A stretch of DNA of 64,000 nt from Ramazzottius varieornatus (lineage: Eukaryota > Animalia > Tardigrada): contig BDGG01000002.1 of the NCBI GenBank assembly GCA_001949185.1, positions 8,236,448 through 8,300,447 on the forward strand. Direction: 5' to 3'. This document shows positions 39,373-48,914 of the stretch, in pieces; the stretch's first letter is position 1; each line of letters starts with the position of its first letter. Position numbers and translations under genes: made by a program. Below the pieces are notes generated by a model that worked only from the letters and a program-made list of their open reading frames with translations, searched no databases and had not been told where the DNA came from.

Positions 39373-41130
39373 GTGTATTCCCTCTAAGATACTGCGCAGT
39401 TCGTCATCACGTAAATGAATTATACCCCGCAAAAAATTTACGGTACATCGGACTGATTGTTTGATTGTTGTCCGTCAGGTTGTCACTTATCGCTCATTGT
39501 TTTCTGAATTTTCAACCGGAAGCACATTGCTGAGCTCCTTGCCGCAATGAGCTCTAAAGCTCATAGTACTTACTCTGTGGAGGAGGCCAAGCGTCATGCC
39601 ATTGCACTGGAAAGGTGGGAGGGAAGCATCCGGAGTTACGCCAAGGCTGTTGGAATATCTGAATCGATATTGCGCCTTTGGAAGTAAGAACTGCTTCAAG
39701 TTGTTTCGGATCCTCTAGTGTTTCTCCAATAACTTTTGTCATTCTCAGGTCTGGAAAGCTTCCAGAAAACAGCAACAACTCCGCAAAGCAGATTATGCAC
39801 CCTGAAATCGATGTTGAGGTGTACAGCAAATACGAAGAGCGTCTCGCGCAGCTCAAGCCTACTCGAGATTTCGATCTGCAAAGAATGGCTCTCGCCGCTG
39901 CTGTCAAGCTAGGAATCACCGGGTTTAGGGCTTCGAAAGGATGGGTGGAGAAGTTTAGAAAGCGACGTGGAATAGTTTTGACAGTCACAGCGAAGATTGG
40001 CCGAAACTTCGCGTAAACGGACGAAGACAAGGTAAGAGGTCTGCTTATTACGGTGGGTATGTGTGTATGTGTGTATGTTATGAAATTTTTTTGAAGCCGT
40101 GTTACTTGCTGTTGCATTACGATTAGTGACGATACACGCAAATTAAACTGCCATTCGCTTTTCCTATCTGCAGATCCAGGAAGAATCCTTCTTTCACAGG
40201 ATTTTTGAAGCTGTCTCCCTAAATCAACCTCATCCTTACATCATGAACATGGACCAGACTTCTGTCAGACTGCAGAAAACGTATAAGAAGACGCTTTCTC
40301 CAAAAGGTGCGAAAGAAGTTCGAGTTGTCCAGCCTCCAGGAGATCCCGAAAGCCTCACGGTGTGCCTCATGATTTGCGCCGACGGCATAAAATTGCCCCC
40401 CTCCATTGTGTTCAAAGGCAACAAGAAGACCGGAAAGCTGTCGCCAAGAATCCTAAACAAGTTGGTGATGCCCGAGAACGTGCGCATTTTCGGTACTCAT
40501 TCGGGGTGGTGGAATTCGGCTTTTGATCAGTTTTGGATCAGCGAAACATTCGACGAAAGACACGATGGTGGAACCCTGATCCGCGATCGTGCGCCAGCTC
40601 ATGGGAGTTTCGAAAGTCAGCTCCTACTGGAAAATCTGGGTATTGAGCAGGTGTTCATTCCCGCTGGACTCACTGGTACCTATCAACTTCTCGACCTAGG
40701 TGTTAACTTTCCCTTTAAATCGTACTTGCGGCGATCTTACCATGTCTAGAGGGATGATCTCACCGCTGTTACCAAGAGTGGGTACTTGAAGAAGCCGAAC
40801 CGCAAGGACTTCATCAATTTTGTTTCGGAAGCTTGGGACGAAATCAAGGTTTCTACGGTAAAAAATTCTTTTGTTGGAGCTAATATTATGCCAGAGCCTT
40901 TGTACATGTTAGCTGGACAGGAAGAGATTATGGATAGTCCTGAGGATTTGGAGGCCTCTTTCGAGTGTAGTTTCAGCTCGATGGAAGGTTCATTCACAGA
41001 AGAATAAAGCGTAACTGTGTGGAAATTGATTGACGAGCCTTTGATTGACGATATAGTAGTTTTTCTATACCCGGCAGGTAATGTTTACGGGCCTGTCACG
41101 TGACTATGCAGAACCGTAGAGGAAATACAG
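39373..41130 (+). mobile_element. Decayed pogo-superfamily transposon related to the 54443-56201 element
   Basis: Degenerate TIRs (GTGTATTCCCTCTAAGATACTGCGCAGT vs reverse complement CTGTATTTCCTCTACGGTTCTGCATAGT); length ~1758 bp; homologous transposase. Confidence 0.8.
39547..41007 (+). pseudogene. pogo transposase pseudogene
   Basis: Same two intron positions as the intact copy; FRASKGWVEKFRKRR, MNMDQT, LIRDRA, YQLLDLG; in-frame stops TAA 40014-40016 and TAG 40747-40749 (at the conserved Trp). Confidence 0.85.
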
Positions 41131-42590
41131 TACACATCGGTTAACCACCGTCTTGAAATCCGATTAATGGTTTATTAGATAAGCGGTAAAAAATTAAGTT
41201 GGAAGAGATGGAGTATCGCTACCGGAAGCCGAAGACGCCTGATAGGTGTTTACGATTATTTGTTTACAAAAAAATCTGCATAATCCAGGCGTTAATTCTG
41301 CTGTCTTTTCTAGCTAAAGGAAAGGTGAAAAACATGATTTTCGGAGGGAAATTTGATTTCATCGAAATGTCCAAAATCACGAAGCCCTTCATAAAATAAC
41401 AAGATAGTTTCAAAATTTTACAGAACTGAGCAACAAAAACCCGAAATCAAAAGACGCCATGTGAACCGAACTCGGAGAGACTTTCTTCAAGACCGCAACA
41501 CCACAGTCAAAATGGAAAAGAAAAACTCTATAAAGGTGGGGAAAGGATGTTTCTTTTCCGCTGCAGTTCAGTTTCCGCTGCAGTCCTGTAAGATGAAGCA
41601 GTAGTTTGCCATCGGATAACTGGAATGTTCACCTAAACACATCGAAAATGTCTCCAGACCCAAGCTAACTGACAATACGTACCGGCCAGCTTACGTAGTG
41701 AAATCCGCGAGATCGCTATTCGACCTTCCTTCCTGCTTACTGACGTGTCTTGTGACGCGCTATTTGTGACAGTCATTAAGCTCGAGGTAGTCCTTAGTCA
41801 GCAATTTCGAGTTCCAGAGAGTGAGGTATTTACCTTGTAGCTGATATCTCCGAGCTCGGGCGAACGACGGCGAGAAGCGACCTGATCAAACGGGATCGTC
41901 ATACCGTAGCCAAACGCAGTCCGTCCGATTCCCATGTCCTGCCAGTGTGCATGGCAGCGGCGTTCTCGTCTCCAGAGCGGGTACTTGTCCCATCACCGAG
42001 CACGGATTCCTTTTCCATAAACGACAGCTTCTGGAAGCCGGATGGGATCGGTTTTTCTGCATCATTTCTACTGTTTGACATCAGGCAACATCCGCGAAAA
42101 GTATCCTAGGTACTACGTACAAGCTCAGTTTGCGCACCGGGTTATGGAAAACGATGGAGCACCACATAGTTTTGTTTTCGCGCACCGTGAATTGTGCGTT
42201 TTGTTATGCTGCGGTGCATTGATTCAACGACTGAAGAGCTAACAGTGCTCCAGCATGGCGTGAAACGTGCCAGTTTCCATTGCCCTGCAATTAAAATAAT
42301 TAAAATTGCTGCTGCTGCTGCTAACGTAAGTAAAATTAATAGATAATAGACAATTCTACGAGAACCGTTTCCTGCAATTAAAATTATGGAGCCTGGTAGA
42401 ATTTTAATGATCGTAATAGGAATTAAAATTCCAAAAGTCATAGTAAAATAACACTGCTGTCGCGCTCCCTAGCTTCGCTGGTTTGCCAGTATTGTACTGT
42501 TTAGCCACGCTCGGTTTGAACACACAGAGTTACACTTTTAGTATAGCCGAACTTGGAATTAAAAAACTTTGGAGTAGGAAACTTTCCCGA

Positions 42591-42792
42591 TCTTAGCCAT
42601 CTATGGTAGATACTTCATGATGGGACATACAGTAATAGAGTCTTTCTAACACCAAACCAGTCTACTTTGTTGTCTGTTCGTCGACACAGATTACCAAGCG
42701 TATCGACGGACAGTCAACAAAGTATACGGATTTTGGTGTTAGAAAGCCTCTGTTATGACCCATCATGAAGTATGTAACATAGATGGCTAAGA
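42591..42792. repeat. Palindromic MITE-like element
   Basis: TCTTAGCCATCTATG..ATACTTCATGATGGG..CTTTCTAACACCAAA mirrored by TTTGGTGTTAGAAAG..CCCATCATGAAGTAT..CATAGATGGCTAAGA. Confidence 0.75.
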
Positions 42793-43214
42793 CTAAGGTC
42801 TAAGGATTAAGGTAGAAGGAAGCCAGAGAACTCAAGTTCCTGGCAACGCGGTTCCCGAGCACAACTTCGCAACCTACAGCACATACGTCAGGGAAAATAT
42901 TGCTCTGTCTACAGTAGTGATGCTAATTGATCATGTGAAATGTTTACACGAAAACGTGCGCAAAATGTTTTCCTGCAAGGACGTCTGATGAAACTTCGAC
43001 CGACTACTCTGGCGGTCAAAAGTGCCCTGGCGGGATCTGGTCTTACAGTACTGCGCACCTGGTCAAGCGCCATCTTTATGGCTCGTTCCTTCTTGCGGCG
43101 TGTCAGAAGCATAGTTTAATGTTAAGCGCGGGATAATGCACTGTAGAAAAACTGGTTGGACTAACTTACAGTAGAGAGGAAATAATGGAAAAAACAGCAA
43201 TCCAAGGGAGAAAA

Positions 43215-45736
43215 CTAAAGGTCGAAACTAGCTCGTTTAGTTTGACTGACATCTTGGGTGCTGCCACTGAAGCCCGTATCGGAATGTTTTCTTTTGTTTC
43301 TGAAAGAGCAACAACACAAACAGCCAGCGCAGCCCTTCTTAGCTTTTTGGCGTGTCCGCAGCGTGGCTTGGTTATAAGGCGGCTTGATCCTAGAATCAAA
43401 GACATCCCCGACACCGTTCATCGGGTCTGCTCGATCACTGCGGACGTTGCGCGATGAAGCCGCCCCCGCGTTTTTCGACTTCCGACCACCACCTGCCTCC
43501 ATTGTCTGTCCGTCGTACCTTCTAGCCAGCTCTATTCTCGTCTGAAATCAAGCAACATGCCCGTAAGGATTCATGGTCAGATCACAGCACCGAAGTCACC
43601 TAGCTCCGTTTAGCTCGTAAGCCAACAGTGATCTGCCATTTTTCTACAGGAATGGCCAACAAAGGCGTGCAGGACACGGCCCTGGTCGAGACTTTTGTGT
43701 ACCTGTCGTAAACAAAACGGCCAAACGGTTCATCTGAAGTGGCACACGTTCTTACTGTTGCTGGGAGACAAAGTGCGCCACTTGGGAAATCAACTGGGTG
43801 AATTTACTTTTCGACGTCTCGAATGAGCTGAACGAGTTACGCGCGCTCGTGTGTACCTGTAGGTCTTCTGGCAGGGGTCCTAAGCTGCCTAACAGCTTGT
43901 TCCGCGTTTTCCAAAAATCAGCTACCCTTTCTCCATGAAAATCATAGACATGATCGAAGGTGGCTTTCTCCCTGGCTATCATATCATGGAAGAGCTGCCG
44001 GCAAAAGTTATAGTCGGGTTTCTCTTCGTATTCCAGCGTCCTGGAGTACTTCATGAACTTGCAGAACTCCACCGGCGCACCCTTACACACGTCCTCAACG
44101 CCCAGCTTGAGCTTCTTCTCCAATATCCTTTTGCACTTCTCGGCGAACGTCGAACCAGGCAAGCCTTGCCAAGGAAGGTGGCCAATGTGCAGATACAGAA
44201 AAAGGTAGGACAGAGCTTCCAAATCATCGCGACGACCTACAGCAATGGAGCAGTTCATGAAAGGAAGCGAGGATAATATCCTATTCTTTCTGACCTTGTT
44301 CATGATGCTGCAAAGCGTTGATAGACATATAGCGTGGAGTGCCCACTGAGCCCTTCTTGGTGTTGAAAGGGACATGTTGTCGAGAAACCGGGTTAATGTA
44401 CTCTTTCGACAAGCCAAAGTCGACGATGAAGACCGTGTTGGCGTTCGGCCCATCTCTCCTTCCCAACAAGAAATTCTCCGACTTAATATCCCGATACAAT
44501 ATACCTGTCAAGACAGAGATGGTTCGACATGAGGAGTACGGAGTATAGCATGGACGTGGATCAGTACCTTTAGAGTGGATGTATTCCATCCGATCCAGCA
44601 GCTGAATAGCCAGCATGCAGGTCGTCTTGACAGCGAACTTGCCACCACAGGCTTGTAGGAGGTCTTCGATATTGGGACCGAGAAGCTCCATGATAAGCAA
44701 TTGGTAGTGGTGTCCGGTGGAGCACTCACCGAAATAGTAAATGATGGGTATGCCGGGCTGGGCAGGTGCCACGCCCACATTGACACCACCACCCAAGACC
44801 TGATAGAACTTACGCTCGCGATGGAGCTGCGGGTACGACGAGTCCATGCGTTCGGCCTTGATGGCCACAGGCTCCAGCGTGTGGATGTGCCTGCCGATGA
44901 ACAGAGTTCCAAAGGAGCCTGCAGCAATGCGCCGTTCGATGAGCCAGTTTTTGCCCGCCATCGTTCCCACTAGGATCTCGCCGTCCTCCCTTTCCCGCGC
45001 ACCCGACTTGCTGTCTCGTCGAGCATCCGCCAGCGCCTTAGCTTGCGCTGGAGATGAGCTTGCTTTTGGAGGAGGGTTTGTAAGATCGGTAGGTTTCTTC
45101 TGTCGCGTGCCGGGTTCATCCTTCGCGGGCTCGGGCCGCGCCTCCTGATTTTCCTTCTGCAGGTCGGCAGGTAGCTCTTTTGCCTTCTGAGAACTATTTT
45201 TGGGCATGGATGGCGGTTTACTGGACTTGAAAGTGGAGACTTCTGGTGACGGCACGGATACAGCCAAATGGCCTAACGCGAGAAAAAATGAAGGTGAAAA
45301 ATAGAGATAAATTTCAAACATTTCCAAAATCACAGGCAAGCCGAGCGTACGAATAGTATTCAGTCGTCATCGTAAGTGACGCGCTTTTGCATTATCATCG
45401 GCTGAACGCCTGCGTCACTTGAAATGACGATCTTGTACGTTTACTTTGCCGGCCTCTCATATGCTAGGATTAATCGCAGTTGGGTCAGGTGTTACGGTTA
45501 CCTCTGTCATGTTGACCGTTTACAGGGGTAGAGTTGGTCAGAGGCGCAACGGCAGGTAGAGGCGAAGGAATAGGCGGTTGGGAGGCCACACTGCCTGTCC
45601 GATCAGTAATGTCGGACCTCACCTCTTCCGGCTCCGAACCGAGATCAAGGGATTGCAAATGAGAGTTTTCAGTGCTGAATTTAGACTTCTTATTTGTTGC
45701 GAGAAATAACTGATTGGGGGACTCCACCATCGTCAT
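43215..45736 (-). CDS. CSNK1G: Casein kinase I gamma (gilgamesh)-like kinase with long N-terminal extension
   Basis: Exons approx 45736-45502, 45272-44568, 44504-44295, 44236-43857, 43541-43215. IAAGSFG, VAIKAE, PQLHRE, MELLGPNIEDL, YRDIKSENFL, DFGLSK, GTPRYMSIN, RRDDLEAL, LPWQGL. Terminal exon has CLCCCSFRNKRK, the CK1-gamma type Cys palmitoylation tail. Confidence 0.85.
43718..43818. repeat. IPE 14, single unit
   Basis: In last CK1-gamma intron; core 43739-43781. Confidence 0.85.
45339..45454. repeat. IPE 15, single unit
   Basis: In CK1-gamma intron 45273-45501; TCGTCAT..AAGTGACGC..GCGTCACTT..ATGACGA; core 45376-45418. Confidence 0.88.
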
Positions 45737-45988
45737 TTGATCTCCAATTTAACAGAATCATTTCGCTAGCATTATCCACATTCGTTAAAGTCAGAAAACC
45801 CCAGTCTGATCGTCCTCAGAAAATCCGTTTATCCTGCTCCAAATTTCACCCATTCCCTTTCAGCGTACTTGGCAACCACCAGGTCGAAACTGCGTAAATC
45901 ACCATCACGAAACAGAAAACGCTGGGAGAACAATACACAGTACTTTATTTCCCTTTTCGCGGACTTGAGAAAATTCGAAAAAGAACTT

Positions 45989-48106
45989 TCAGACTCTTGC
46001 AGCGCTGAACACTTTCAGCGCACTGTCAGCTCCACCGCTGAGCAGAAGGTTCCTGTCGGACCAGCTACAGCATAGGATCTTGTCAGAATGCCCAGCCATG
46101 TCGTATAGTGGAGCTTTCGGACTGCAAGAAAACACCCCGTCATGATATCCAGCTTCCTGGAAATTCACTGAGCGATGTGGCCAGAGACCCAGAAAACCAC
46201 AAGGAGGAGTTAGTTTACCTTCTTGCGTCCCACATCTTCATGACTTTGTCGTACGATCCGCTGATGAAGAGGTGGTCGTTATTCGGGCTCCACGCGACTG
46301 ACGACACCCATCCCGAGTGCGAGAGAAAGCCGAGCTTCACCACGGATCCTTCTGCAAAAGCACGCGAAGTCTCATCACAAGTTTCTTCGAAATTCCATGT
46401 GGCGAATACTTCCGGCCAACATCACTAGAGACGTGCGCCATCTGGGATAGCAAAAAAAACCAACTCGACCAGATCTTTTCCCCAAGTAGCGCACGTTCTC
46501 GGTTGTATTAGCTGAAATTGTGCGCCACTTGGAAAAATAATCTGGTCGAACGTCTACGCGGAGTTCCAATATGAATCTCTGTGACAGAGTTTGCTTACCA
46601 TGGGAACGAGGGTCGTACAGTCTTATAAGGCGATCAGAAGATCCGCTAATTACTGTGCGATTCAAGGAAGAGTAGGACAAGGAAGTGAAGGCTTTGGAGC
46701 TGTCCAGCTGTCGGCTGACGCCGCCCAACTCCACGTCCCATATGCGGATGGAATGGTCCCAGCTACCCGTGATGATCTCAGTCTTTCCTGTCCAGGCACA
46801 ACACGAGACGGCTTCCTTGTGTCCTGGCAACGTCATCTCCGGCGTCTACGATACACCAGCGGATGAATGAATACGGATGAATGAACATTGCCGGCAGTGA
46901 CTGCGACAAACGGGACCTCGGTAAGCATACTCAACTCTCGTTTTTCCTACGTTACGCATTATTCAGCCAAAAACACTGAGGAATGCGATACCTTCGTCAG
47001 ATTCTTCCTGTTCTCGCCCTTGAACTTCTTATCGGCAGGTGCGGCAATTTCTTCTGTAGCGTCGTCCTCCAGCGACCATATCTTCAACGTCTTGTCCCAA
47101 GAAACCGAACAGAACTACCAGGAGAAAGCGCAGGCTTGGCTTGTGTTGAATTTCTTGAATATTTAGCGAAAAATACCTTCTTTCTGTCTGGACTGAGGGA
47201 TAGGGCGTCAACGCTGTTTGCATGTCCCCGGAAGAAGGCTCTGGGCGATACGTTCTTCCCTCCTTCGTCGATATTCCACAGAGCCACTGTCTGGTCATGG
47301 GAGGCGGTTAGGAAAGAGGAAGAAGTTGTCCAGCAGACGCCCTTGATGGGCGCTGTGTGCGCGGCGTGGCTGAGGACCAACTGTCCATCGCGGGAGTTCC
47401 ATACCCGCACCGAGTTATCGTAGGCACCCGTCAGGATGTAATCGTCAAAGGAATGAACAGCTGAGACCCAGTCTCGATGCTCCAAAGAACGGTCAGGCTC
47501 AGGTGCTGGCGCACGCTCGATATATTCAATGGAAATCACATTTTCCTACAAAGAAATCAAGTGAGCAGATCAATGGAAATCAATCAAGCACAGCCGGTAC
47601 ACAATCAGATGAACTGACGCATGACGTTAACGAATATTCGAAAAACACACGTAATTGATCATTCCAAATCTCATGACGCCGTGAAGCAAATCGGTAGTAA
47701 AAGACTCCTATTTTCCTCAAGATTTCCTGCAAATTTCGAGACCAAATCACTCACGGAAGAAATTTGTTGCTGTTGAACATATTCTCCGACGGACGTAAGG
47801 AGAATATCCCCGTTGATGAGGAAGTCAAAGTCGACAGGAATCCAGTTTTCGACAGCGCTTTCTGCAAAATAGAGTCGATCAGCTGGACAGCCTAAACACA
47901 CCATTCGCGAAACAACTGAATATTCATGTATTCTCAGAGTAATTACCTCCAAGAAGCTGATTGACCAACAGGTTAAGGTCTGAAGAGGCTGTGGTAGTGG
48001 GGATGGAGTAAGGAATATCGGTGACTGCGAAGCGAGGAGACTTCGTGTGTAGTCGGATCTGGAGGTACGAATCCTGCGGCTCCATCGTGCCTTCTCCCTC
48101 ATCCAT
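45989..48106 (-). CDS. WDR12: Ribosome biogenesis protein WDR12/Ytm1 (NLE/UBL domain plus WD40 repeats)
   Basis: N-terminal [38 protein letters not shown]; [20 protein letters not shown]; WD repeats ([63 protein letters not shown]); stop TGA at 45989-45991. Confidence 0.92.
46370..46566. repeat. IPE 16, double unit
   Basis: In WDR12 intron 46352-46598; cores 46399-46441 and 46486-46528. Confidence 0.88.
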
Positions 48107-48306
48107 CTTTGCGAGATGCAAAAAGCACAGGATGCCAGTAAGACAACAAGAACTGCAGCACGGCGGAAGAAGGACTACCCAGTTCACTCCGAGTTTGAGA
48201 GAAAGCAAAATGAGATGGGGAAAAAACAGCGGGTTGCGAAATCCGTGTCCTTGTGACATAATGCAAAATCGTCTCATTGGTGAAAGTCCAAAGTGAGATC
48301 AGATAC

Positions 48307-48379
48307 GCCGAAATAGCTCAGTTGGGAGAGCGTTAGACTGAAGATCTAAAGGTCCCGTGTTCAATCCACGGTTTCGGCA
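48307..48379 (+). tRNA. tRNA-Phe (GAA)
   Basis: GCCGAAATAGCTCAGTTGGGAGAGCGTTAGACTGAAGATCTAAAGGTCCCGTGTTCAATCCACGGTTTCGGCA: 73-nt cloverleaf, anticodon GAA, followed by a T-run Pol III terminator. Confidence 0.97.
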
Positions 48380-48914
48380 CTTCTTTTTCGCTGGTTTTTT
48401 CTTCTTTCTTGCAATGTACTGTGTTCCGATGTGGTATGACTAGGTTATCTGCTAAAAGCTTCCATCGGCAGCGTGTCGCTCGAAGCGTCAGTTTCTAAAG
48501 TGAGAAAGGGAATTAAGGGAGGTTATCGTGTATTCTGGCATTTTTCCCAGTAATACGGTCGTCATCGACCGCTGTAGACCATTACACTGCGAAATGCACA
48601 AGAGCTCCGATAATTTATTTCTGACATGCGCAGGACGGCAGATGACATCTGTAAAGTGTAAACAGCATAGATAAAACGAGAATAATCGAGGAAATTAAAA
48701 CGATGCAATAGTGAATAGACACGCTGGAAAACTGCCAGACAGCTTCGATCAAAACAAGCAAACCAGGAAGGACTCGTCGACTCACGAACGTCATGGAATG
48801 AAAATAATTAGCTAATACTCCAGAAGCAGATTCGTTGTCACCGAGATTAAATGTATAGATCGTGGAACAGAGAGCGTAACACGTCCAGAAAGAAATATCA
48901 TTGAATGTATTAAA

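Noticed and set aside
47600-47670. Possible C/D-box snoRNA in a WDR12 intron (minus strand ATGATCA...CTGA)
   Set aside because: Imperfect C box, no terminal stem and no clear rRNA complementarity that I can verify.
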